From assembly GCF_006345805.1 (NCBI RefSeq), contig NC_043003.1:43834001-43898000 (forward strand): a stretch of DNA of 64,000 nt, written 5' to 3'. The position numbers and the translations under genes were made by a program. A model generated the notes under the pieces. It made no database searches and was not told where the DNA came from. It saw only the letters and a list, made by a program, of their open reading frames with translations. Shown one piece after another: positions 38,746 through 50,904 of the stretch. The DNA is from Octopus sinensis (lineage: Eukaryota). Every line of letters begins with the position of its first letter. Within the stretch, counting starts at the first letter, position 1.

Positions 38746-39434
38746 TGGAGAGAGAGATTTATATATATAAGTGTGTCTGTGTATGATTTTGTGTGTGCTT
38801 GCATTGGTATATATATATAAGTATATATATCTCTGTGTATATATGTAGAGGATTACTTTTATATATATATATATATAAATGCGTATGCATACACATAAAC
38901 ACATTCACATACAAGCAAGCACACACGCATATATGTGTGTGTCTATGCATGTATGGATATATGTATGAGGATATAGTTTCAGGGTTGCAATGATTACATG
39001 TTAATTAAATTTAATTATCTCTCGGACTAACCTCTAATTATCAAATATTTCAAAGAAACGGTATGAATTGATGTGATTATTATTCCGTTAGTTGATCCTT
39101 CTGAAATTCTGAGAAGTGGAAAACGCTTTCCTATCCTTTTACCGTACATGCACACCATCATATTATTGCACATTGACACGAGGTCAAAGAGATATTAATT
39201 CACGTAGAATCAGATAAACTGTGTATTCACGTAATGTGCAATATCGATGCGTCACTGATCAATAGATTTCCGTCGTAACATGCTATAGAATCCGATAACA
39301 GATAGATATCATAAAGCAAAAGGTTATTCGTTCCTAACAATTATCGCGAAGCATATGTCCGTTTGTTTCGAAGTTTATGCGACGTCATTTCGTATGATTG
39401 TCAGACGTACACACATACACGTTTATACATACAT

Positions 39435-39481
39435 ACCTATATATATATAATATATATATATCTATATATATATAGATAGAT

Positions 39482-39512
<31 letters not shown>

Positions 39513-39597
39513 TAGATATAGATATAGATATAGATATATATATATATATAGATAGATAGATATATATATATATAGATATATATATAGATATATATAT

Positions 39598-39666
<69 letters not shown>

Positions 39667-39672
39667 AGATAC

Positions 39673-39707
<35 letters not shown>

Positions 39708-39708
39708 T
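39435..39708. repeat. (TAGA)n/(TA)n compound microsatellite
   Basis: Direct reading. Confidence 0.95.
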
Positions 39709-39910
39709 CATATAGTGAAGTGAAACTAGAGAATGGTAATTTGAAATCCTTCCATCGATACATTTTAGACAAAAATGCTTGATTTGCAAAACTTTTCAAA
39801 AGAACGTAGGTATGCAAACACATACATCTAACACTCACAGTCACACACATACACACGAAAACCAACTCGCAAACAGACACACACGCACACACATATACAT
39901 ATGTATATAT

Positions 39911-40180
39911 CACGTGACCATGTGACAGACCAGGCTATAAAATGATGTTACACACCGCTGGTTACAACGCATTGCATTTTACATTGTTTTACCCTTCGAA
40001 CAACTAGACCCCGCAGGTCAGGAGAGTAGGCCAATATGCTCTCCCACTGGAAAGTGGGATTGGAGCAATGCGAAAGGAAGCGTTTTGCTCAAGAACACAA
40101 CGCACCGCCCAAACAAGGGATAGAACCCACGATCTAGCGCTCTTGGTGCAACAGCCTAACCACTATGCAACGTGCCTTCA
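39911..40180 (-). mobile_element. tRNA-derived SINE (family D), diverged
   Basis: Minus strand TGAAGGCACGTTGCATAGTGGTTAGG...GTGGGTTCTATCCC (A/B-box-like) then GCGTTGTGTTCTTGAGCAAAAC. Confidence 0.7.
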
Positions 40181-40267
40181 CACACATGCATACATACACA
40201 TACGCACGCACACACATATATACACACTCACGCACAGACATATATATATATATATTGTGTTTATGTA

Positions 40268-40334
<67 letters not shown>

Positions 40335-40362
40335 ATATATATATATATATATGTATATACAT

Positions 40363-41196
40363 ACTAGCTGACGTACCCAGTAATTCCCGGGAAAGCAGGG
40401 CTTATCCCTTGGTTTTCTTCTCATAAATGATTCGCTAATGCAATAACAACAATACAAAGTATGTAGACCTTAGGGGAATACAGAACTATCGTACACAGGA
40501 TCTTGTTTTTAGGAATTCTCAATAAATTTTCAAAACAAAAATTGTGGAATCAGTTATGTAATGACATGAAATTAGTTATCAGACAGTAAGAATTCAAATA
40601 ACGTAGCCCCAAAAAAGCTTTAATACATCCCCAGAGTATATACAATATAGGAGGAAATACTAATAAAGTATGTATACTGAAATGGTGAATGCTATGCAGA
40701 TATGAGATAATAAGCATTCAAAGTAAATAACTGTGAAAAAGGTTTTTGTGCGTTCTCAGAGGAGCGGTAATGTTGGTATACTAGTGAATAATTCACTAAC
40801 CGAAATAAGTGGATCTATTGTTTAGGAAAATAATATTTACTTGCTTAAGTGTTGTACAGGATAAATTGCCCAAAAACTCTAACAGTTCAAATACTAAGAA
40901 ATAAGCATACTTAATTCTATTTTTATCAAATAATTTAGGAAAATAAATGGGCTATTTCCCCTGGTTATATATAAGGATCCCTTCCAGTGGCGAATAGTTT
41001 CTTTCCCTTGAATTTTAAAATAAAATTTTAAGTATCCCTTCCAGAATCCCTATTATCGATACTTTCAACAATCTGGGTATGCCATGAGGTTTGCAGACAT
41101 GAGTTCTACTTACGTGTCATGTTTCAATAAAATCGACAAAACGATGTGGAATTTAGCTAACAATTCCGCAAACACACCTTCAGACAAAATATCCAC

Positions 41197-41197
<1 letters not shown>
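40363..41197. mobile_element. Helitron/DINE-1-like non-autonomous element
   Basis: Starts ACTAGCTGACGTACCCAGTAATTCCCGGG (reverse of a ...GCTAGT end with GC hairpin). The other end has TCAATAAAATCGACAAAACGATGTGG followed by CA/TA repeats, typical of microsatellite-associated rolling-circle elements. Confidence 0.55.
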
Positions 41198-41267
<70 letters not shown>

Positions 41268-41276
41268 ATATACACT

Positions 41277-41307
<31 letters not shown>

Positions 41308-41318
41308 TATATATACTT

Positions 41319-41415
<97 letters not shown>

Positions 41416-41420
41416 TATAT
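41198..41420. repeat. (CA)n(TA)n long microsatellite
   Basis: Direct reading. Confidence 0.95.
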
Positions 41421-41635
41421 ACCTTTAACCGATAGTTTTACACGCTAGAGCAAGCAGTCAAAATGACCAAAATCAGATGTAAGAGCAATTAGAAGGGAAT
41501 GAAAGATAAAAACTTTTACCTTGAAGAAATAACAAGGTAAAGTTTGTATTTTTTATTCCCTTCAAAATTGCACTTAAATGTGGTTTTGGTCGTTTTAGTT
41601 GCTTCTTCTAGCGTATAAACTACCTGCTAAATGTG
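41421..41635. mobile_element. Palindromic MITE (~100-bp diverged arms, 9-nt centre)
   Basis: 41421-41523 is an imperfect reverse complement of 41533-41635 (ACGCTAGA/TCTAGCGT, GACCAAAA/TTTTGGTC, GAAGGGAAT/ATTCCCTTC, TTTACCTTG/CAAGGTAAA). Confidence 0.8.
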
Positions 41636-41684
41636 TTTAAACGTGCACTATTTTATTTTGAGTATATGTTGTCTATTGTCTTTG

Positions 41685-41717
<33 letters not shown>

Positions 41718-41750
41718 AAGACAATAGACAACATATATATATATATATAT

Positions 41751-41808
<58 letters not shown>

Positions 41809-41814
41809 TGGTAG

Positions 41815-41846
<32 letters not shown>

Positions 41847-42645
41847 CGAAAGAGAGATACACACGTGTGTGTCTGTGTGTGCTCAGAACTCATTTCTAGA
41901 AAGAGTTCCGAAACAAACGTAACGCTATAGCATGCAAATTGTGGTTGAAAACTACTGCAAATACTTTTAGTTGACAGTTCAGTTATGAGGCTTCAAAATT
42001 TTTGTAACTGGAGAAACTTATACACCTTTCCGACTAAGATCTCGGAGCAAATTTTTTATAAATATTTATATGTAGCCAACTTTCTATGCTGAATATATAT
42101 ATATCTATTTTACTTTTCTCACAAGGTTCCTTCCCGGCATTTCTCTTTTCGCGGGGAGCGAATATGCTGTACTAAGAGTCTGAAAGATTTCGTGAAGTTA
42201 GAATGCAAGCTATGCAAGGTTTTCACAGCATTGTATATTCTTAGTTCTAAAACTAATACTAGTTCACATTGAGTTCTGTGTAAACTCTAATATAAATATG
42301 TAATACTTTATACTAATGGGTATATGTCGATAGTGTGTTCATGCGTTCAGGAAAGCAATGGCATGGTTGGGGCTAGCTGTTGTCAACCGCAGTTAGAGTA
42401 AATTTCCAGTGGATTTACTTCAGGAATTTCTCAGTGTTAGTTGAATTAATGTTACATGAATAAGTAACCAAAAGGTGCATGTGGTATCAGTCTGTTTTTT
42501 GCGCGACGATCTTCTCCATCCATCTTGCAACTATACATGTGCATCATGTTGTGTTGCAGCCCTCTTGCAGTCTGGGTCCCATCATGGATATTTATACATA
42601 CAGTGGTACCTCACTAATGATCTTGAGTTGGGGTGGTCAGCTATA

Positions 42646-42689
<44 letters not shown>

Positions 42690-42694
42690 TATAA

Positions 42695-42735
<41 letters not shown>

Positions 42736-43074
42736 TATATGTGCGTGTGTATGTGTGTGTGTATGTACATATATATGTATATATGTATATATATATATGT
42801 GTGTGTGTTTGTATATATATATATATATACACACACATACATACATTCATACATACATACATATATATGTATATAAGATTATAGCAGCAACTCCATCTAA
42901 GAATATCTGAAAAAGGAATATTATTCCGAAATATCATATTAGACTATGGATGACTAAATTACAACATGTATATAGCCCGTTGTCTGTGTTATAGTGCATT
43001 TTTATGCTATTATACTATTCAAAACTTTTCATTCTCTCTCTCTCTCTCTGTCTCTTTCTATATATCTATATCTG

Positions 43075-43150
<76 letters not shown>

Positions 43151-43163
43151 GCTATCTCTCCCC

Positions 43164-43206
<43 letters not shown>

Positions 43207-43757
43207 CTCAAACGCGTGCAGTACATCGGATTGGATTGCATGAGTAGTGTTTCTGGGGAAAAAAAGGAGTTATTGCCGAAAGGACAAGTATTGCTGTTGA
43301 AGTGGAAAATATACAGAATACGTAACGACTGCTTCACGGGGCTAGAGGTTTCAGTTGAATTAAATTTCACAATATATCACATGAAGTTTGTAGCAGCAAA
43401 AATAGGCTGATATGTAACAAATAAATATCGTTTTTCCCAAAAAAATATTGGACCTAAAATTTATACGCAGACAGGTTTTACAACTCACTTCATTCGGCAT
43501 TGTTAAAGAACAATACGTTAATGGCGTCTAACGGTTTCGGTTTAGAGCAATTTATCCCAGTCAAAAATATATACATACAGGAGCAGAAGTGCCAGATGAA
43601 AATTGGTAATATCTGTGGTTTTGTTTACACGCATATACGCGTTTATATACATAAAAATATATATGAATGCATGTCTATACATGCACATGTGTATGTCATA
43701 TATATATATGTATATATATATGGATATATCATATATATATATACAATATATATTATG

Positions 43758-43798
<41 letters not shown>

Positions 43799-44259
43799 CA
43801 CATGTATATTCTATATGTGTCTGTGTATGTTTCTCTGTGTGCTTGTGTGAGCGTGTATGAGTGCTCACATGTGCTCTTGCATTTAACTGCAAGTAGTAAT
43901 TTGTATGAGTGTTATTTTTTAAAATTTTTTGTTTCCTCCGTTATAAATAGTTGATGAAATATTGCCCAAGTTCCCTCGACCGAAAATTGGCAGATATCCG
44001 ATCAACGAGCTTTTATGAAAATCTTCATTCCGGAAGTTACATTAAGTGGTAAGCTATTACAAATGTGTGTATTTGAACCTGTTTGTATCTGCTTCTTTTA
44101 AATAGGTGCGTCTATATGCAAAGCTGCATAAATAACACACTTATTATACGTCATATTTTTCACATTAAATCCGATATAGAATTTCATATATAGTTATAAA
44201 TAACATCTTTTGTTGTTCAGAGGTATGTAAATTTGTACACACACACAAACGCACACCCA

Positions 44260-44297
<38 letters not shown>

Positions 44298-44532
44298 AGT
44301 GTGTGTGTGTGTGTGTACACACCTAGGTACATATATATATATATATGTGTGTGTGTGTATATATATGTGTGTGTGTATACATGTGTGTGTGTGTGTGTGA
44401 GTGTGTACACTATTCAAGAAATCTCAATGCTATCAAGTAGAGCTTAATGAAAGTACAAGAATTATTTCTGGAAAAAAAACTTAGAGAGAATAACGTTTGT
44501 AATTGACGGATGCGTAAACGCCATATCTGTGT

Positions 44533-44566
<34 letters not shown>

Positions 44567-44671
44567 TAATCAATCAATCAATCTATCTATCTATATATCT
44601 ATTCTATCTATCTACTCATGTTATATTTGCATGAATATATGAATATCATGGTGTGCGCGCGCGCGTGCCCG

Positions 44672-45230
44672 TATAAACATGTGCAGGAAGTAAATATACA
44701 CATTTAATTGTTAAAATCTTTTATTTGATATTAATTGGTTGAAGGAGAGGTTATCTTCTAGCTGCTCGTCCATAATACCAAAGCTTATGTAGATATGTAA
44801 CACACGTTCTTTGACTAAGTTCTTGCTGTTTTGCAATGTCAGAAGCCTTCGAACGGGATTCGTGTTCCACAATTATCTTCAAACAGTGAAGCTTCATTTT
44901 CTAGGGCCCAGGTCGGCCAGCACGTGAACCTGTTGATTCTTTTCCTCAGCTTTTAAATTGCACTGTTATTCTATTAGCAGTAGCAAGAGGAATGGGAACA
45001 TTTTCGGCAATTTTTCGCTGGCTAAGACCAGCCTGAGATTACCAACAATACGACCTCTTTCCACATCTTATAGGTCCGCTGAATTTTTTGTACAAGGCAT
45101 GGTTACTCTTCGCAAATGTTTAATATAATGGCCCCTAGAATGAAAAGAAAATAATTTCATTGTAAATTCTACAGCGCTGAAAACATATTAATTTAAACGT
45201 GTCTACTTACTTCCTGCATGTCGGTGTATA
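44672..45230 (-). mobile_element. Non-autonomous Tc1 element with TIRs and N-terminal HTH remnant
   Basis: TIRs ACATGTGCAGGAAGTAAATATACAC and GTGTCTACTTACTTCCTGCATGT in TA context. Minus strand gives MP......D.ERGRIVG..QAGLSQRKIAENVPIPLATANRI...GSRAGRP across frameshifts. Confidence 0.8.
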
Positions 45231-45391
45231 TGTATATACACGCACACATACATACATACATATATACATATATATACACATACACACACGCCTTAATGTA
45301 GCAGCTATAATGAATATAAATAAGTTTCCCGATCCTTTTCAGGGATAAATCTCTACTAAATGTTGGGAAAAGTATATATATATATGCTTGT

Positions 45392-45434
<43 letters not shown>

Positions 45435-45549
45435 TGTGTGTGTGTGTGTATGTGTGTATGTGTGTATGTGTGTGTTTAAAGCAATAAATATTTCAAACCG
45501 ATATTTTTTCTAGTGACTATGAGAATATGTAGCTACCTTTCTTCTCTAA

Positions 45550-46600
45550 GTGCCACCTTCACTATAATCTACCTTCATAATACGCCTATAAACCGTTTTG
45601 AAAACTCTCAGTTACACAAATCCTGCAGAAAATATCAAATTTTCAAAATCTTGTCAACAACATGTTCTATACTATTTGGACACGCCAACATAATTGCTCA
45701 CATGTATATATGTAAGGATGATAGATGAATAAATTTGCTTACAATTTATTGAACGTCCTTGAACCTTTTAATAAGTTAAAATAATGTATTACAAAATATC
45801 CTATGTGGAAATTATGTAGATGTATTTAGAAAAAATAATATAGCCTACAAACGTTTAAAATAGCAAACGAATAATTTCTAGAAGAACGTACCCCATAAAT
45901 ATATAAAGTTTAAAGTAACCAAGACCCTCTTGCTTAAACTTTTAATTAACATATAATTCATACTGACACAACTATTACACGCTTCATTCATAACCAACCT
46001 TTTTCCCAATGCAAACAGTTGCAAATCTCTAGATAATACCAGACCAATTTACCACATCTTCGTGAACCTTTATAAAATCCGAAATCCTAAAAGCTGAAAC
46101 AGCTAATTACACAGGTTAGAATACTGGAGTGTACACCAAAACTTAACCCCCACCTATGCGAAACAAATTGACACATATACATATAAAACCAGCCACGACT
46201 AAAAATATCGCAATTAAAATCAACACAACTAACGCCAGTGATACATTTACTGACTTACAATTTAACCGCATTCTTTAATGACTAGCTACAGCCTAAATAT
46301 GACACACCTAAATATAACTGCTAATTATTATGTTCTACACATGACTAAATTCTAAACAATAACATCTCACCAAATTCGATCAATAAAATTAACCACGGCA
46401 TTTTGCCATCATAACCTGCCATGCAGTCTAATAATCATTCCACACTCTACTGTGAGAAATTTTGCTTTAACAGCGACTAAATTAAAGCCAGGATGAACTC
46501 AAATACATGGCAGTCCAAATATGTGTTAGTTTGCCGAAGCTTGGAAGTCACTGTCAATTGTATTCTCGTTGAAGAATGACACATTTCTACCCTGACAAAT
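45550..46600 (+). mobile_element. Possible highly decayed Penelope-like element 3' region
   Basis: A/C-rich strand with fragments DNTRPIYHIFVNLYKI and ILECTPKLN, reminiscent of the PLE GIY-YIG C-terminus; many stops; similarity by eye only. Confidence 0.3.
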
Positions 46601-46637
46601 ATATTGAGTAATACTCCTTTTTAATACATCGTAAAGG

Positions 46638-46688
<51 letters not shown>

Positions 46689-46929
46689 TTGTGATGCGAA
46701 ACAACCGTATACTACAAAACACGAATTCAACAGTGTTATTTGAAACCAGTTCAAGATTCAAAAAATATATGCTGTCCATCTATGTATGTATATATATTTA
46801 TATATACTAAATACCATAAATATATCATAGTCAAAGCAATAGAAATGAAACTAATCTATATATACATAGTGAAAATATTAATAGTTCCCTATTAAAATTG
46901 GAAGTATTATTTCTTATTACATTAGACGT

Positions 46930-47145
46930 GATATTATTTCACCTTTGACACGTAATACTGAAATATTTTAAGAGACAATAGATAGCACCTGGCTAGCATT
47001 AGGCAAGAAACTGAAAAAGTTTCGGGCCATGATACTGTATGGACCCTAGGTAAGGCACTTGTAAAATTTGAATGAAATCGGTTGGGTAGTGCTTGAATAT
47101 TAGTGATGCACATTTACAGACACTCATTTTCAGTATTATGTATAT
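46930..47145 (+). mobile_element. Helitron/DINE-1-like terminal fragment
   Basis: GTAAAATTTGAATGAAATCGGTTGGGTAGT...ACAGACACTCATTTTCAGTATTATGTATATA pattern ending in a TA run. Confidence 0.45.
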
Positions 47146-47200
47146 ATATATATATAATATATATATATACGCGAGAAAGAAGCAACAAGAATGGATAGGT

Positions 47201-47292
47201 TTTTAGTACGATCGTTTCATACAAGGACAGGTTTTATTAAAAGTTGCCAAAGATTACAGCATATAAACGAGTCCCGTACTCATCAGCTAAAA
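47201..47292 (-). ncRNA. Type I hammerhead ribozyme (minus-strand copy)
   Basis: Reverse complement of the 47563-47653 motif; predicted cleavage between 47207 and 47206. Confidence 0.82.
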
Positions 47293-47562
47293 TACAGTAA
47301 GTTCTCTAGACATCCTAGTGTTTGAGGCTAGACTCATGAAGTAATGTAGATAATTAAAAGATTTCTAAAGTTCATTAAAGTTCTTTAAAGATGATGTACA
47401 GTCTTATCACAGAATTTTAAAAAAGTTTTGATAGCATCACAGAGAAGGTGACCTAATCCATATGAATTCCATAGATATGATGAGGGATTATATACTCACA
47501 GAAGACAAATTTATCCATTGTTAATTACAACGAGGTGGGTCTCAATTCCTCAATTCCATGTA

Positions 47563-47653
47563 TTTTAGCTGATGAGTACGGGACTCGTTTATATGCTGTA
47601 ATCTTTGCAACTTTTAATAAAACCTGTCCTTGTATGAAACGATCGTACTAAAA
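47563..47653 (+). ncRNA. Type I hammerhead ribozyme
   Basis: Stem I TTTTAG(47563-68)/CTAAAA(47648-53); CTGATGA 47569-75; stem II GTACGGGAC/GTCCTTGTAT; GAAA 47636-39; stem III palindrome ACGATCGT; GUA triplet 47645-47. Confidence 0.85.
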
Positions 47654-47799
47654 ACCTATCCATTCTTGTTGCTTCTTTCTCGCTTATAATCACCCCACAT
47701 TACTGTATTGTTAAATCAGTATAGTTTTTTTGGTGCATCTAAGTTAGGTACCATATTCAAGTAAATTTTTTTTAAATTAACTTGAATCTTTATTGCTCT

Positions 47800-47839
<40 letters not shown>

Positions 47840-47965
47840 TATATATATATATATAGATAGATATACGTATATATAGATACATGTATGCATATATATGTAC
47901 ACACACACACACGTATATATAATATATATATTATAAATAGAGAGAGACAGAGAGAGAGACAGAGA

Positions 47966-47996
<31 letters not shown>

Positions 47997-47999
47997 CTG

Positions 48000-48337
48000 A
48001 AGTTGTCTGTGTATGGCAGGTTTGGTAGCCTTCAACTAACACTATCTCCTCCGAGACCCTGCGGCGCAAGTTGACCAAAATTAAAAGTATGATAGAAGAA
48101 GGCTTGCTCTTCCTGTTGTAGAAGAAAAATTCAAATCGGACCATGTTAACACCAAAAATTATTTACATACAAAGATGCTTTTTTTCTATGAAAATCCCTA
48201 CATTTTACGATTTTTTGACTGCGGTGTCGCCAGAAAAAAATTCACTTAAAGAAAATAACAAGCTATATAATACTTTTAAAAAATTCCAATTCTAAAGGGT
48301 CGAAACAAACCCGAGCATCGCCGGCGCTACTGATAGT
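48000..48337 (+). mobile_element. Helitron-like non-autonomous element 3' end
   Basis: Ends GGGTCGAAACAAACCCGAGCATCGCCGGCGCTACTGATAGT (GC-rich hairpin-like stretch plus degenerate CTAGT), followed by a TA/GA microsatellite. Confidence 0.55.
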
Positions 48338-48338
48338 G

Positions 48339-48433
<95 letters not shown>

Positions 48434-48444
48434 GGAGATACATA

Positions 48445-48740
48445 CATTATGAATTTTCCCTTCAAAGGGGACACCTACGTGTTCAACTATTTCGGAAGGA
48501 GCTAAACAAATGATATGTGTTATAGTGAGTATACGTGTGTGCTTTACATTAGCTTGCACCCTCCCATCAACTCGACGTTGTCTCAACAGGGGCGTGGTGT
48601 GCCACCTGTCGGGCGTCGAATAGATTGCAGAGCAACGTGAGATGGAGTGCTTCGCTCAAGAATATAACGCACATCTTGTCTAGAAATTGAAATAGGGTTT
48701 CTCGTGCAATATCACAGTCACTAGGCCATCCGTACTCATG
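48445..48740 (-). mobile_element. tRNA-derived SINE related to family D, diverged
   Basis: Minus strand GATGGCCTAGTGAC head, GTGCGTTATATTCTTGAGCGAAGCACTCCATCTCACGTTGCTCTGCAATC core. Confidence 0.65.
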
Positions 48741-49229
48741 CGTTTGTGTGTATATGAGAGTGTGTGTGTGTGTGTGGGTGCGCGTGGTTTGCGTGTTTGT
48801 GTGTATACACATACGTATGTATATATGTATATGTATTCTTACTTATATGTATTTGCTTTGAAGTGCGGCACATCTGTAAGATGAGCAAATTTGGAGACCC
48901 GGCAATGCAGCTAGGGAGTGGCAGATACCACGGTACTGTGAAATTTATGGAAGTTGGATTATTAGCTGGTTCCATGGCTGAATCAACGTTTTTCCTACTC
49001 GTGCAGTCGGGTATTAAATGCCGCAGAAGAACTGCCACAACAAAACACTTGTCTGATGTTGCTGAAAGGAGTTCAATGTTGGTTGTGGCGAAGAGAAATG
49101 ACCAATGGACCTATCTATGGATTATATTTGTTATTTACAATAATAGAATGAAGAAGCGAATCGGTTCCTTCGTCCGTCACAGAGGCTTAGTGGGCTGAAA
49201 CACAAAATAAATAAAACAAGTTAACAAAA

Positions 49230-49383
49230 TGAACGACCCACGCTCATTTTGGTTAAAAGCAGAACACCTTAGAGTCATGGTCTTCTTAGACCCAGATGCC
49301 GTGGAATGTTAAGTATAAGGGCCGAAGGACTTGTCGGATGGGAGTTCTTCCTCTGCTGTGCGCTCACCTTCCGGCGAGTTTCT

Positions 49384-49423
<40 letters not shown>

Positions 49424-49424
49424 A

Positions 49425-49470
<46 letters not shown>

Positions 49471-49993
49471 ATCTATCTATCTATCAGGATTGGTGACAAA
49501 CACTTTCCTCTCTGGTCAATCTCTCATCAACCTTTTCAAGTATCACTTGACAAGGCAAATGGGAGAAGAGTAGAGAGGCAAGTTTTGTCTAGCGAATGTT
49601 TCAAAAAAGATGGGTGAATGTAGCAAAGATGGCACGTATGAATGAGGAAGCCACCTTGAGCATAATCCTATGAACGCGGGAAATTTAAAACAGAGGGTTA
49701 CCTACTTGCAAACAAATGTGGTGACATGTAACATCATTGACCAAGGATACCGTGGTCTTTTCCGTAGGCTTTTTTTCCCACGGATAAACCTCATCTGCTT
49801 CCCCCTTTACACCATGACACTGTGATAAAGGATCCCTATTGATCGTGTTTTTCCTTTTTTTCTTCTTTCCCTTTACGATCCCTTTTGATCGAAAACCTAA
49901 CCCCACTTTTTTCTCTCCCCCGCCCCCAAAGAAAAGCTCTACGTTGTAATATGTCCCGTCCGTGTGCAGCCCTGTGTGGCTAATAAAGAAACA

Positions 49994-49995
<2 letters not shown>
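49230..49995. repeat. GC-richer interspersed repeat(s) associated with (TATC)n arrays, class unassigned
   Basis: CpG-containing segments interrupted by (TATC)n at 49385-49485 and ending GCCCTGTGTGGCTAATAAAGAAAC directly before another TATC array. Confidence 0.35.
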
Positions 49996-50068
<73 letters not shown>

Positions 50069-50192
50069 TTGCCTCTATCATCTATCTACATCTGCATACA
50101 TGTATCTATCTCTCTGTCGATCTATCTTTCTTTCTATCTATTTATCTATCTATACATACATACATATATATATATATATCTATTTATCTACT

Positions 50193-50223
<31 letters not shown>

Positions 50224-50290
50224 CTATTTATGCATCTATCTCTCTATCTCTCTATCTACCTATCTATCTTTCTAGCTATCGATCTATCTT
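49995..50290. repeat. (TATC)n array, decayed distally
   Basis: Direct reading. Confidence 0.95.
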
Positions 50291-50904
50291 TATGTATTTA
50301 TATGCCTAAACATTGACGTACATCCTTGAACAAAAGTGGATTGTACTTAATATTGATACATGAAAGAGATTTAAATATAACATTAACTTCACGTGATTTT
50401 GATCTGTCTATTTATATATTTCTTCATTCTTTCATTTTATTCAGATATATTTAAAGGCCAGACTGTTTACGTCTTATAAAAATAATTCTATTTACCTGTT
50501 TTTATTAAACAGATAATTTTAAAGCAATTATCCTAATAATACCCCCACTCCTTATCCATCACTATCTCATATATATTTACCGTTTTACTCATCATACTGT
50601 ACGTTTACCACTTCATTACTCACTCTGTGTTTACGCAGTATTATCCACACACCCTTTCAGCAACGCGTAACCTTATATCAATACAACTACATTTGTTTCG
50701 GAGAACATTGCTATCTACTTTTTCTTTAGCTGCTTCAAGAACCTATATATGTTCAACCTTATTACATCAGCCTTACTTCATCTCTATACCAAATAACATC
50801 CTTATATATGTAAGAACTTAAATATGAATACGGGCGCGTGCGTGTGCGTATGTGTGTGTGTATATGTGTGTATTTGTGTGTGTGTGTATGTCTGCCTATA
50901 TATT

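Larger units (their letters stand above)
47171..47683. mobile_element. Penelope-like element remnant with inverted pseudo-LTRs (125/124-bp arms)
   Basis: 47171-47295 is the reverse complement of 47560-47683 except for one extra C. The spacer ends in EDKFIHC/NYNEVGLNS (frameshifted), like a GIY-YIG C-terminal 'E..FI......GLN'. Confidence 0.8.

Noticed and set aside
42125-42270. Possible plus-strand exon with CxxC (VPSRHFSFRGERICCTKSLKDFVKLECKLCK)
   Set aside because: No good donor site and no recognisable protein family.
46485-46533. Degenerate hammerhead (CAGGATGA-ACT...AGT-CCAAA)
   Set aside because: At least two catalytic-core positions differ; kept only as weak context for the possible PLE relic.
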